From the human T2T-CHM13v2.0 reference genome, Homo sapiens, in the NCBI RefSeq assembly GCF_009914755.1, contig NC_060927.1: 64,000 nt of DNA; one strand, 5' to 3'. Below the pieces are notes generated by a model. That model made no database searches and had not been told where the DNA came from. It saw only the letters and a list, made by a program, of their open reading frames with translations. A program made the position numbers and the translations under genes. Below are positions 27,074-40,309 of this stretch, one piece after another. How positions within the stretch are numbered: position 1 is the stretch's first letter; every line of letters begins with the position of its first letter.

Positions 27074-27969
27074 AGTCATGAAACAAATATACTTGCTGGC
27101 AAAAAGTTCTCATTCCTTTTACTAAGAGTAATTGTTCTTTACATTTACGTTGGTGGGAGGGAGATGTGGAAGAGGCAACTTTACTCAAGTGATAGTCTGA
27201 GAAAGTTAGTTATTCTTTCATCTGTACTTAGTTGTGAAAATGGATTTTCCCACTAATTTTGGCCATGAGGTAGAACACAGTGACTCTCAACACTTAAAGG
27301 GCAAAGAAATCACCTTGGGGAAGTGCAAAAAACAACAACAACAACAACAAAATGCTTATTAAGGCTTCAACACCAGAGATTCTGGTTCAATAGGCTTCCT
27401 CAATGCCTGCAATTTCTGTGTTTCTCCTAACCTTCAACACCTTTACTCACTCCTAGAAGGTCAATATGATTATTCTAGTTTCACAGATGAGAAAATGCAG
27501 GCTCCACGTTTTTGCCTTAGGCTGTAAAGTATTAAACATAGAACTCAAATCTTTTAGATTCAAAGTTTAGTGTTGTTGCTTTTTCTTATGTATGCCCTAT
27601 AGTATAAAAGAATATTGAGTTTTACAAAGCCTAAATTGTTACTGAAATAGCAGTGTATTTTTTAATTTATTAACATTTAAAGTTATTTATTCCCCTGACA
27701 ATGATTGCCATATACAGCAAAAATACGTGTGCTGGTGACATTAGACAGCATCTTTACTGTCCACTGATGTCCTAGACGCTCTTTTTTATAGTCATTCAAT
27801 CACAGCCAGACTCTCATTCAGGAAATATTTTGCTTTCTCAGTTAAGTCCCTTGAGGTATACCAAATTATTAAGTTAATTAGCTATTAAAGTATACCAAGG
27901 CTCATATAGCTGATTTAAAAAATTACAACCATTTGCAGACAAGAGGTCATCTAGCTATGTTGAAAACAA

Positions 27970-28190
27970 ATTGTACTGAACTTGGATCAAGGAATCTGAA
28001 ATCTAGCCATGATTCAGTGATTTACCATTTGTATGATTTGGGGAAAATAATTTTCTCTCTAAGTTCAGCTTCCTTATCTGTATCATTTAGATAACCTGCA
28101 ATATGCAAGGCTCTTATGAAATTAGATTTTAAAAATAATGGGTATAAAAATGTTTTCCCTACAGTCTTTGTCACTTAGTTGATGATCAAT
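27970..28190 (+). mobile_element. MIR
   Basis: tgtatgatttggggaaaataattttctctctaagttcagcttccttatctgta. Confidence 0.55.
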
Positions 28191-28480
28191 ACATTTTTTT
28201 TCCTATTAAAAAAGGCAATATATCGTGTATTTACTTCCTTGGTTCATAAGAGTTACAGGGTAGGGGGTGCTAAACTAGCTCCAAATAGAGAACTTTCTTA
28301 CCCTTACAACTGTATGTAGATGACCCACAATATAGAGTCTCTCACCCCACATGTAGGCCTATATACTTTCACTGGATGTAGTCAGGTAGGAAGCTGGATT
28401 ACCAGTTGTCAGGAACATTGCAGAAGAAATTCCAGCAAGTGTGGGTAGGCAGATCAGATGGCTCTAAATATCCTTTTCCT

Positions 28481-28883
28481 ATTAAGGGTTGTCATAATAA
28501 TACCATAGACTGGGTGGTTTCAACAACACACATTTATTGTCTCACGGTTCTGGAGGCTAGAAATCCAAGATCAAGGTGTCAGCAGGGTTGGTTTCTTCTG
28601 AAGATTGTTAGGGAAGGATCTGTTCCATGTCTGTCTCCTTGGTTGTAGATGACATTCTCCCTGAATCTCTTCACTTTATTTTCCTTCAATGCAAGTCTCT
28701 GTGTGCAAATTTTCCCTTTTTATAAGGACACCAGTCATAATGAATTAGGGCCCACTCTAATGATCTCATCTGAACTAATTACATCTTCAATGACCCTATT
28801 TCCAATTAAGATCACATTCTAATTCACTAGGAGTAATGGCTTCAACATATGAAAATTTGAGGGACACAATTCAACCCATAATA
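28481..28883 (-). mobile_element. MLT1B/MLT1C-like MaLR solo LTR
   Basis: tttattgtctcacggttctggaggctagaaatccaagatcaaggtgtcagcaggg...ataaggacaccagtcat...gacacaattcaacccataa. Confidence 0.85.
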
Positions 28884-28919
28884 CTATTATTCAATATTTA
28901 GGATCTCCATGAGAAGTAG

Positions 28920-29020
28920 ATGTCAGGAGTCCCAGTTTTCTCTTAGTTTTGCCATTTGCTAGCCATGAAACTGGACATCACTCAATAACTCTAGGCTTGC
29001 TTACCTGTAAAATAAGCATG
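28920..29020 (+). mobile_element. MIR fragment
   Basis: tttgccatttgctagccatg...ctctaggcttgcttacctgtaaaat. Confidence 0.5.
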
Positions 29021-31889
29021 TTGAAGAAAAAAATTAACTCTAAAATATTCTTTCATTTTAACATGTCTATGTCTAAGTGTGGAGTAGAGGTCTCCAAAAG
29101 AGCTACTGGATCACAAAATGAGGTGTAAGCTTCAATATTTTCTTATTTGGGTCCTCTTATTTACTCAAAATCCCAGTTACTAAGAAACTCACAGTAGGAA
29201 ACAGGCCAAATATATTACTTGCAAAGCCTCATCTCATTATGATTAGGTTGACTACATAAAGGATATCTATATATAAATATATAGATGTGTGTGTGTGTAA
29301 TGTGTATTATGCCTCGATCTTTAATGAGAAGAACAATTAACATACGCATAAATCAAATATCTTTGGAAGGATAGATACAAAAGCCATTTACCACATTGCT
29401 TGCCACTTAAGAGAGAACTAAGTTGCAGGGGAAGAGCAGTCAGGAAATTGTTGCATTCTCTTTAGATTTTGAATCAGAGGAGAATGCGCTACCTATTCAA
29501 AGAGTAAACAAGGATTAAATAAGAAAAATATTCATGCGTTGTGCATTTGTTTAGCCTTTGGTTTCTAAGTCTGAATAGTGTATATTGAAGTCATTTTGTG
29601 CTTCGAGGTCACTATAATAAGTACATTTGACTTTGACAAACTTTCCATTCTGCAGAAAGCTACAGGACTCAGCAAACATGCTTAGATATCTGCTTCAGTG
29701 TGAAACGTATAATGAAAGAAGACTTCATAAGCAGCTGTTTCTTAAGAAGCTTGTGTTATACAAATATGACACAGTTAATGAACAGAACTAGAGAGCAATC
29801 TGCTACATCTGTCTTCAAAGGACAAGGAAGATAGCAATCAATACTGTATTTACGACGGCATTTTTCACCTGAAAAGTTTCCACTTATCTACCGCTTCTGT
29901 CTAAGAAAGACAGGCTTTTTTTTTACTTAAAATTTCTCCCTTGCTGCTTACCTATTTTAGTGGTAGCAGCAGTTGTATAAACTTAGTAAGAATAGTTATT
30001 AATGTGTAAACTGAATTAATTAATATCTCTTTGAACAAAACAAATGGAAGTGTGCCTAACCACTGTTTCTATCACTGGCTGAGGGAAAGAAGGCATTTCC
30101 GTAGCTGGAGCAGGTAATAAAATACAGAGCCAGAGAAGAGAGCACTATACAGGAATCATTTTTTAAAGGAAAGAAGACAAAGTGTGCCAATTCCATTTTA
30201 AAGATGAAGGAGACAAAGATTCTGAAGGGTATATATCCAAAGATAATAAAAACGTGAAATTTTCTGTCTTGGATTCTGTATTTTTATCTGTAATATTATA
30301 AGTGTACATCTAAGCTAAAGTTCTAGAATAATCTCTATATGTTAAGCATACTTAATGCTGTCTTAGAGTCCTAAAATACCTCACCAACATTTTATCACTA
30401 TGACAGCCTTTATGGACTTACACAAAATAGTTGATGAATACTATAAAGAATTGATTTGTAAGTACATTCTTTGGGCAACCACTGGGATTTTTACATCACT
30501 GTCCTTTTATTAACCAGAGTAAACAAACACATGAGCCAACTTAAAATTACAGATGCAAATTAAGGAGATGACTCGAGTCTATGCTTGCTTTTCTTTCCTA
30601 ATAAGTGATTAAATTAATAATTTCTGTTAGATGTCAGTTATCTAATGCATAAAACAGTGAGTGCTTAGAATTTTTCTTTCTTATTGACACAATTCCATCA
30701 ATTACACTTCTTATGGTACAAATGTTATGGCTATTTCTCTTCTATCAATTATCTGTTATGTGTTTTTCCTGTCTTTTTATTTATCTATATCTATTACCTA
30801 TCTACCTATATATCTATCTATTCCACTCTATTCATTCATTCAAAAAAATGTGCGTTGAGTCTTTGCTATGTTTCATGTTCTATACTATGGTTACCTTAAT
30901 AAAAAATATGCATATGGTATTTATCTCAGATTCCAAAGCAAACCTTAACCTTTACCATATAGCTTTCCTTGGCCACCTCCAAGTGACCTCTCCTTCCTTT
31001 GAACTCAGGTAGCATTTACTTTTAAAGAACTTTGAGCATTTAATTATAGTTCTTTATAGAATGATTTAACTACTCCACCCCATTTTCAACAAATGAAGCA
31101 AACTCTAGAGGTACCTGCCAGTGTAGAGTACACTGTTTAGTTTAATCTATTAACATCTAGGTGTTTTTCTAGTACCTGATAGAAGAGAATGTTTAAAGGA
31201 GTACTAATCAACTATGTCAACTTCATAGATAACCATTCTTCCTCCTCCTTCTGCCTTTCCTCCTCCCTCTTCTCCTTTTTCTCCTCCTCCTCACTATCCT
31301 GCTTCTTCTCTTCTTCTTTCTCAGTGTTATCACTGTCATCGTATTTCTAGTGTCTACTATTGTCAGACACATTATCAGTGCTTAATAAATGCCCAGTAAG
31401 TGAATCAGTAAAAAATTACCTCTTCTCCCTCCTCATACTCTTCATTATATTTGTTAATGTTATGTTTTTAACAGGTGCTTTCAAATGCAGTTATTTTAAG
31501 TAGTCACATTTTTCAATATACAGAATTATTGAGTAGGACTCAAAAGTTTGTAAAAGGAAGAAATCATTGAATGAATAAATGAAATACGCATCTATGTGTT
31601 TTCCTCAGCAACATTTTTGAGATCATGACACACATAAAAACTTGTAAAATTTCATAGAAAAATGTTGGCCTGTAATCAGTTGAAACGCAAGTGGTATCTG
31701 GTATGTAGTAAGCGTTCAATAAATGGCTGCTGTAACCAGAGTCCTGAGCAATGTCATACAAGGAAGGCTCGTAGCATTTCTGGAAGCTAAAATATAACCA
31801 CAGGAGGACCATTCTTGAGATACAGTTGCACCTATAGAAAATTCAAATTTCCCCCGTCTGTCCTCTTCCCAACACCCCACCACACAAAC

Positions 31890-32000
31890 ACCGGAAGGTA
31901 AGTTCCATAATTGTAAGAATTTAGTTTGCTAGTTTCACTACTGAATCCTCAGGGCCTAACACATAGTAGGTATTCAATAAATATCTGTTGAATAAATTTT
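31890..32000 (+). mobile_element. L2 3' end
   Basis: cctaacacatagtaggtattcaataaatatctgttgaataaat. Confidence 0.65.
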
Positions 32001-33129
32001 TAAAAACCCCACTGTCTGGGAGTGTAAAAATTGTTCAATGTATTTCATCTTTCTCCTGCCTTCCCCTCCCTCTGCCTACATATGTTCAAAATCTCAGGCC
32101 CCTCCCCAGAACTTTTGATTCAGAATCTGTACTTTTAACATGATTACCTGTGATTTCATAGGAGAAGCACTGCTATAAATCACATAAATTTCACTTTTCT
32201 GTCCTCCAATGGATAAAACTCCTCGACTTGTTGATCAAAACCCAACCTCACAGTACACTCAAGTTTCCAGCAGTTGGTCCTTTGTAAAACTAGGAGTCAG
32301 CTGCTAGGACTTGATCTCTCTCTCTCTCTGTCTCTCTCTCTTTATCCCCCTCTCTTCCCCGCCTCCTCTCTTTGCTCTTTCTCTTTGCTTTCATGATAAA
32401 ATCATATTATACAGAGGAGCAGCACAGAGTAAAATTTCATATGCTAATTTACATTTTTAATGTTAAAGAACCATCAGCCAAAGCTAGCTAAAGCAAAAGT
32501 TATCCTCTTTTATTGCTCTTTTTTCTGCCTCTCTACTTCCTATGTGACCTCCTCACTCTTCCTTGTGCATATCCTAGAAGGCAGAATAACTAAATATTTA
32601 CTGAGTATCTGGCATCTGCAGGCACAGGAAGTCAGTTTTCCTCATTTAATCTTTATACCAACTGGAAATAGAGCCATGGGGACGGGGGCATGGTATCATG
32701 CTCAGTCAGTCCTCATGAACACATTCTCCAAAAGTAGTACTTTTTCAGTGACATTCTAAAAGTTTATTATTGTCACAACTGTGAGTTAGAATATGAAGAA
32801 AATACATATGTTAGAGAAATAAAGAATAAAAGGGAAATGGTGAGACGCTAGGAGAAAACTGTCATAAAATGTGGCCATTTTTTCATGATTACCTTCTGTT
32901 CTGAACAACAACCCAAAGTCTGGCCCAAGCCATTCTCCTTCGATCTCTAGCATTTTAAAAGCCAACTATACCTCTGATAACAAACCTAAGAGTCTGGGCT
33001 TTTAAATTGTTTGTTTAGTTATTTTATTGTACAGGACACTGGGGCTCTGATAGATTTAGCCTTTGTCCACAGTTACAGAGACAGTCAGCTTTTCTGATTC
33101 TGCATAGTGCTTTTCATTCTATCACTGGC

Positions 33130-33474
33130 ATCTCAGCACCAGGGCCACCCCTGCTTTACATCCCAGAGACTGGAAGCCTGAGGCTTATATGCCCATGGAT
33201 CCTTGCCAACAGTGCCCAGGTATATTAGACGCCACTGAAAAGAAATATTTCACAGAATGTGGATGGAAATAACTGGGATTACTGAGTGTCCTGTGTCTGC
33301 AACTCCATGACTCCATGAAAGAGAACGGAAAAAAACGAGAGCTAGCAACAGTCTTCTCTGACCTGTTTGTCGAATACTCCCAATGGTTTTGTATGCACCT
33401 AAATCCTTAAATTATTTCCCATTCGAATGCCTGGAATAGTTTGTATTTTTTTCACCCAACCCTCACTAAGACAA
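33130..33474 (+). mobile_element. LTR33-like ERVL LTR (degenerate)
   Basis: cagagactggaagcctgaggcttatatgcccatggatccttgcca...cctggaatagtttgtattt...ccctcactaagaca. Confidence 0.5.
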
Positions 33475-35089
33475 CCATACAGCCATTTGCTCCTGTACTC
33501 AAGCTAACATTCTATGCTGTACATCTTTCTGTATAAACACACTTTATTAACAAAAATTTCCTTATTTGTCAACTTCACCTTTACAAACTGAATTGTTTTC
33601 ATGGCAGAGGTCATAACATAATCTGTTTTCACTGTTTCTGGCACATAATGATGCAGCTGCTGAATAACTAGCAGTTGACTGAATGAACTAAGCTCAAACC
33701 CCTTTCTAATATTTCTTCCTAAACATCATCTATCTACTCCCATGACTGTTCTCTTTCAAGAAATACAAATTCAGAAGAGGATCACTGGGATCAGAATATT
33801 TTTAAGCACTGAAACTCTAATGTCTTAAGAGATTAAAGGGCAGGCTGGGAAATACGTGAGGAATTCAAGGAAAGCTATCTTTTGTGTGAAAGCTACTAGA
33901 ACATCAAGGGATACATTTCTAGGGAATAGCTTCTGTTGTGGCTCCTTAAAAGTTGGCTTTGAGGAGACTAAGGGATCCTGATAGTCTCATTGAATGTCTT
34001 ATTTTATACCTATAACTCAGCTCTGATTCTACATCTTTCCTTCCCCTCCTAACTATGCTTACTTTTATAGACGTTTCATTCTTGCTGATTCACACCCAAA
34101 CTTCATGGTTTATGCTCTTGTGGAAGACAATAATAAGAGATATCCACTTATATTTTTTATACATTTTATAAGTATACATTTTAAAATTTTTCCTTTATGT
34201 TTCTGCCAACTCTATCCCAAACAGAGAGATGACTGCATATTCATATCCTCAGGGGAAGAATATAGTCTCTGATCACCAGGCAGAGAGTCTCTGATCATCA
34301 TGGACTTTGCTTTATAAAGGTCATATGGGTAAAAGTTGTTGGGTGGCAGAGTTCATCACTTATCATCAAAGAAGGGATAGCTGTATTGTGGATCTAGGTA
34401 GGAGGGACTGCTGACTGCCTTGCAAAGTTTGTGTGTCTAAGCGTGGCACAGAAAAAGCTGAGAGCCAGGTGCCTAAAGGGTCATGCTAGCCAGGTGCTGA
34501 CCATCTCATGAATGCCTATGTGGATAAATAACTTGATGATCAGAGGAAGTCTCCCACCAAAGCCTTATAACCTGTTAGATAATTGTTGGAGTCCAAAACC
34601 TTAGCATACCCTGAAACAAAATTAGAGTGGATTTCCCTCCAGCCTGATGAAATGGGCTCTCTTGAATGAGAAATAAAGTCAATTTATGGCAGTAAAAATT
34701 ACGTTTTATACATACCGAATTTTTGGGTTTTGATTCATATCTGCTATAAAATCAAGAACTCAGACTGTTACTGAAGGAAATGCTCTGTGCCCTAATTCTG
34801 AGTCAAAAGCTACCTGATTATGGGCTTTCCAACAATTCACTTCAGTTGGAAGCAAGGAATGACTTCATCCTTGGCTGGCTATACCTTGACCATCACTGGA
34901 AGGGAATAACCAAGGAAAAAGCAACAGTTGGAGCAACAGAGGGCCTCTTGGTTTAAGTAGAATAAATATCAACACAAGTTAAAATCCATGATGGAGGAAA
35001 AAGAATCAAGTCAAACTTTTGCAATCAGTTAGACAAGGAACTGTCACATTTTCAGAATCAGAAGGGTTTACAAGCTGCTTATGAGCATG

Positions 35090-35470
35090 CTGCTTATCAC
35101 TTAAATAGTGCTTGTTATATACCAAGCCCCATTCTAAACGATTAACCCACACAACCCTTACCACAGACTTATGAGGCGTATTATATTATTAGTCCCATTA
35201 TGTGGATGAAGACTTGATGACACATGGGAGTTTTGTGACCCTTCCAAGGTCTTATCGATGGTAACAGGCAGTTCTGAGATTTGAACTTAGTGTAGCTACA
35301 GAGTTCAGCTTGACCAACACACAACGCTGCCTTTGCCCATGAAAAAAACCCACAAATCTCTGAATGGTATAACCTCCCAATAAAGAGACTATCATACCTT
35401 TTATTTTAAAGATGAGGAAATAGCAGCAAAGAAGGTAAAGAGATTTGCTCAGGATCATGTAGCTCAACAC
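35090..35470 (-). mobile_element. Two MIR fragments
   Basis: tattattagtcccattatgtggatgaagac...; ttttaaagatgaggaaatag...gatttgctcaggatcatgtagct. Confidence 0.55.
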
Positions 35471-36107
35471 ATCACTCATCTTTGTTTTATGTTAAATGAT
35501 ATTCATTGTCAGTCAAGTTAACCACTTTGTTATTAATATTTCCCAAGAGGCAAATCAAAAGTTTTAAATCCAGCCTTTTATGGCCTTCCAGGAATTTTAC
35601 CTAAAATGCTCTTAAGCTGACATGGGACCGCAGTGATGGGATGCCAAGTGGTCTCAGAGGCCAGAAAAAGCACCTTGATGGGTAATTCCCCTGGGTGTCT
35701 GGGACACAAGGCTGTGCCAGGAAACCACTTAACAGAAGAGCAGGCAAGAAATCAAGGAAAGGGAACCCAGGGGATTTCAGTGTAGTCATTTAGGAATAAG
35801 GGAATTTGATGCTGAGCAAGGTTTCCTCTACTCTTAATGAAACACCTAGGATTAGAAACCTGTGTTTTGTAAAGGTGACCTTTATGTTGCTTTATTTATG
35901 AGATATCAATTTCAAAACGAGATTCGTATGGAAAATTCCTCTCCCTACAAAAAGCAAAGGGATCATTTTGATTCTCCCTTGTCTTTTAGCAAGGACTAGC
36001 ATATAGCTGTACTGACTCATTGACATGTCCAAAGGCCATGTGACAAAGTACTGTTAAGGAAAATAAGACCCACTGCTATCTCCTGAAGAATTATTTAATT
36101 GTGGGCC

Positions 36108-36109
<2 letters not shown>

Positions 36110-36142
<33 letters not shown>
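36110..36142. repeat. (AT)n microsatellite
   Basis: Seen directly. Confidence 0.95.
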
Positions 36143-36147
<5 letters not shown>

Positions 36148-37104
36148 TTATTTAAATCCATCATGGGGACAAGATATTGCAACAAGAAAGCTGTGTTATT
36201 TAGATCACTGGACATTGAGTGACCTCTCATGTTAATCCTTTCTGCTTTGGTTGCATTGACATGTCCTGTCATTGACAAGCTCAGACTTGCCTTTTAACAA
36301 CCACTGTTGTTATCTGAAGGCTGAAAAGATAATATTAAAAAAAAAAAAAGTCACTTACTCGTTTCTAACCTTTTCAACCCTTATTTCAATTTTCATCCTA
36401 AGAATACTCTTACTGATCGCAGAAAAAGAAACACACGATGGTGAAAATGATGCATCTGCCAACTTACAAAAAGACGTCTTAAAAGTGAAAACAGAGGCAA
36501 GAAAGTAATTGAACCTGTGCTGAGAGGCTATTGACAAAGCCCAAAGAAACAAAGAAATATGAGAGTTAACTTGGGCAACAATAACACACACTAAAACTCT
36601 TGCTACCAGAACCCTGAGTTGTTTTAAGTTAATGGTGGGAAGAAAGTGCTGTATACTTAAAACATAATCACTGCTGCCATTGTCAAGGTCCTATTTATTA
36701 AGTTAGAAAAACGTAACAGATTTGGAAATTAAAATAGATAGAAGAAACACATTTTTAATTTTTAAATACCTGCTGAAATTCTAATGTTCTCTCTAATAAA
36801 TACATTGTTTCAATATGGATGTATACCTACAAAGCTATAGAATTGTTGCTGTTGCCCAGAAGACACTAGAGGGGATACATCAACTCATGATCAACCGAAT
36901 CGGATCGAATCTCTTTTTATTTTCCTTGAAGGAGCCTGGTTCTGGGGATTTTGCCTAACCAAGCAAACAACTAACTTCATTATGGCTTCTAGACAAACCA
37001 TGCAATGAACAATATAGCAAAATGGAGGCAGTGGCCGAACCAACCCTGGCCTTTAAGTTAGTTTTCCAATACCTTCCACTCAGGCAAAGACAAATTTGGC
37101 AGGT

Positions 37105-37110
37105 ACTTAC
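37105..37110 (-). promoter_or_regulatory. 5' splice donor GTAAGT of the ZNF385D exon
   Basis: Plus strand acttac at 37105-37110. Confidence 0.92.
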
Positions 37111-37253
37111 CGCATTGAAATTGGGGAAGAGGTTGACTGCAGCTGCAGTGTCAAGAGGAAAGGGAAGAAATGGTTTAATATCCAGCGATGGTTGCAAAGG
37201 AGGGGCTGGTGGACGGACAAGGGCCGGGAGAGCAGGACTCTGGCATGTACCAC
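37111..37253 (-). CDS. ZNF385D: Internal coding exon (143 bp, phase 1 to phase 0) of zinc finger protein 385D; encodes (G)GTCQSPALPALVRPPAPPLQPSLDIKPFLPFPLDTAAAVNLFPNFNA
   Basis: Minus strand reads ...ccctgattgctccctttgctctggtcttcacAG|GTGGTACATGC...AATGCG|GTAAGT, with canonical acceptor and donor. The peptide matches my recollection of ZNF385D (MRNIMYFGGTCQSPALP...NFNAMDPIQK). 22 nt (MRNIMYF+G) plus 143 nt = 165 nt = 55 codons, consistent with the phases. Confidence 0.95.
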
Positions 37254-37286
37254 CTGTGAAGACCAGAGCAAAGGGAGCAATCAGGG
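37254..37286 (-). promoter_or_regulatory. 3' splice site of the ZNF385D exon: branch point CCCTGAT (A at 37281, -28), pyrimidine tract, CAG
   Basis: Minus strand ccctgAttgctccctttgctctggtcttcacag directly precedes the exon. Confidence 0.8.
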
Positions 37287-39020
37287 ACACCACGCATGGA
37301 AAAAAACACCAAAGTTGCTTTTGAGACAAAAAAGGCCAGCTTTGTGGGTCACTGGAAAAAACAAGACATGGACTCTATTGACCTCAACTGGGAACCGGCC
37401 AATGAGCAAATTTGCCATTAGGCAGAGGGAGCTAGTTGAACTGCTCCATTTTCCTTTGATTATAACTATCTGGTTATGTAAGTAACATCAACATTTCAAA
37501 TGCCCCAACCTGTCTTTATTTTCCTGCCTAGAGCTCCAGATTGGGTCAGTCACAAATCTGCAACCAAGATCTCTGAATTCAAAGGGAAAACCCCTCCATC
37601 ATGCACCCATCCCTCTTTGAAAACTAAACCACTCACAATATGCATTAAGTCTGAGTGATTATTTTACAGAACTGCTCTTTGCTACCACATCCAAAACTCT
37701 GGCAGCAAGATTACATGAACTTGGCACATAAAAGAAATTTAACCTCGAACTCAGGCAGCTGTACCTTACTGCTCTAGCAACTGGAGGATTAAAAACCAGC
37801 AAAACCAGTGCTACGACGATGTCTGAACTATTCAGCACCCCTACAGCTCTGAGTATTCAACAACTCCCTGCCTCCCTCCCAGTCATGAGTAGGTGGAATT
37901 TAGATGGCCACTGTTGAGCAGGCAGTGGGAATATTATGCCAACAAAGACATCCCCTTTGCATGCCAGTAAGTAGCCAGCCTTTTGCAAGAGAGCACATAC
38001 ATTTGCCCCGTTATAGGACTCTGCCACACTCAGGAGCTGGAAGGATGGAAGCCCATCTTTAGTGTTCAGTCTCCCATATTTTGGTAACATTCCAAAACAT
38101 CAATTTGCTGTTAATTAAAGGCTGTTTGAATCCTAGGAAACTGTTAAAATATGCCAGCATTCTTCTAATCTGAGAGGCAAGCAACAGACTGTAAAAACCT
38201 GCTGGTGAGAATCCAACAAGCATTAGGAAAGCAAAATGCAGTGGGATTTTTTTCTCTCTAACAGTAAAGAATTCTAGGAGACATGCTTGCGCCACTTACT
38301 TGCCTGCCATCTCGTTTTTAAAAACAAAGTAGAGTGAGTCTCCTCGTATAAATTGCCTTTGCAAATTTCACAACAAACTCTCTGGCCAACTGCACACAGA
38401 ACATCATCTTGCCCTCAATCAGTTACCAGAGCGCAAAATTAACATTCTGAAAATGATTCCCCAATGATAAATCCAACCCTATGGAGCCACGGAGGATCTG
38501 CTAACAAGGTAGATGACTTAGTACCTATAACAGAAGCCATCAGCACAGGATTTAATTAACCATACACAAGAACCATCAGCTCTCCTGCTCCCAGGTATAA
38601 AATCAGCTGGAGCCAAATTAAGAAAAACAGTATTTTCCCCCACTGTCTTACCTTCCTTCTTGAAATAATAATAGCACGGCCAACAATAGCAAAGTCAATA
38701 ACTGAAGTCTGTAATCAGTAAACTAATTTTCAAAGTAGTACAAGGCAGTAAATAAAGGGCAGATGTCAAAACAAGTAGAGATAACAACGAAATATAATAA
38801 GTCTACATTCACCAGAGCACACACACTATAAACTTAGTTTATTGTCCACTTGGTAGTGTATTGAGTGTGAGTGTGTAACCATTTTTAGAGAGGGCATCCA
38901 TAAAACTTTAGTGATAGACCTGTCATGAGTTTAGTGTTGTTAAAAGTTTCTCTTTTATTAAAAATTTTAAAAACCAAAATAAATTTTTGGATGGTACATC
39001 TTTAAAAAACTCAGAAGTAA

Positions 39021-39307
39021 GGCCAGGTGTGGTGGCTCACGCCTGTAATCCCAGCACTTTGGAAGGTCAAGGCGGATGGATCACTTGAAGTCAGGAGTTC
39101 AAGACCAGCCTGGCTAACACGGCGAAACTCCATCTCTACTAAAAATACAAAAATTAGCCAAATGTGGGGTGCACACCTGTAATCCCAGCTACTTGGGAGG
39201 CTGAGGCAGAAGAATCACTTGAACCCAGGAGGCAGAGGTTGCAGTAAGCCGAGATCGCACCACTGTACTTCAGCCTGGGCGACAGAGCAAGACTCTATTT
39301 CAAAAAC
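39021..39307 (+). mobile_element. AluS (AluSx-like)
   Basis: Full-length; 16-bp TSD aaaaactcagaagtaa at 39005-39020 and 39308-39323. Confidence 0.95.
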
Positions 39308-39384
39308 AAAAACTCAGAAGTAAAGTAAGATTTGGTCGAAATCAGTGATGTGGTGAAATTTAAGAAGTAGTTTTAAATTACTTT

Positions 39385-39686
<302 letters not shown>

Positions 39687-40309
39687 CTAAATTACTTTCA
39701 TTTGTGTCACACATCATTCTTTGCAAATGATATTCATATACATTCACCTGGTTTGATTCTAAGATTTCAGAAATTCGGTAAGGGTTAACAACATAACATC
39801 ATGTAGAGAAAAAGAAATATGTTGATAAACTCTGCAGTTGTTTATCTTGCTTCCGCAGAAAATACCATGCTTATAATTACAAGAATGCAATTTAGCAAGA
39901 AAATATTCTACAATTGTTTATTTTAAGTCCTCCTCTGGTTTAGGGTATCCAAAGAAGTTAAGGAATAGCTCAAGCTGATTTTTTATCTAGCACAATGAGA
40001 GATATAAATAATAAAAATATGTCCATTCAATTATCATGTAAATTTAATTTCCCATTCTCTCTTTTAGGATATCTATTTCATTTATACTTGTATAAACAGT
40101 TCAAGGTCCTCTCTCAGTGTTGCAACTGGAGTTTCCTTCCTAGGGGTTAAAAAAACCTTCAAAGAAGAGTCATAAAAACCTTAGAAAGTTCGAAAAAATA
40201 TTTAAGCTCATCTCTTCTCACCTGTTGGAAGAGAGCAATGTATAAGATTGTAGGAAAGCAGAGGACATGTGTCTACATATTTTTAGACTATCTGCTATGC
40301 AAATACAGG

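Noticed and set aside
29940-29960. Other AG|GTAAG motifs on the minus strand (also near 25190, 40447, 59087, 62853)
   Set aside because: They lack a convincing polypyrimidine tract or have an upstream competing AG
36955-37329. 124-aa ORF as a standalone single-exon gene
   Set aside because: It starts at TTG, not ATG. Only 37111-37253 is bounded by splice sites and matches ZNF385D; the flanks are intron read-through.
37022-37485. Plus-strand ORFs of 100 and 129 aa overlapping the exon
   Set aside because: Shadow ORFs of a GC-richer coding exon; no recognisable protein, promoter or poly(A) support
38461-38580. C/D-box snoRNA (aatgataa start)
   Set aside because: Imperfect C box, and no properly placed CTGA D box or terminal stem
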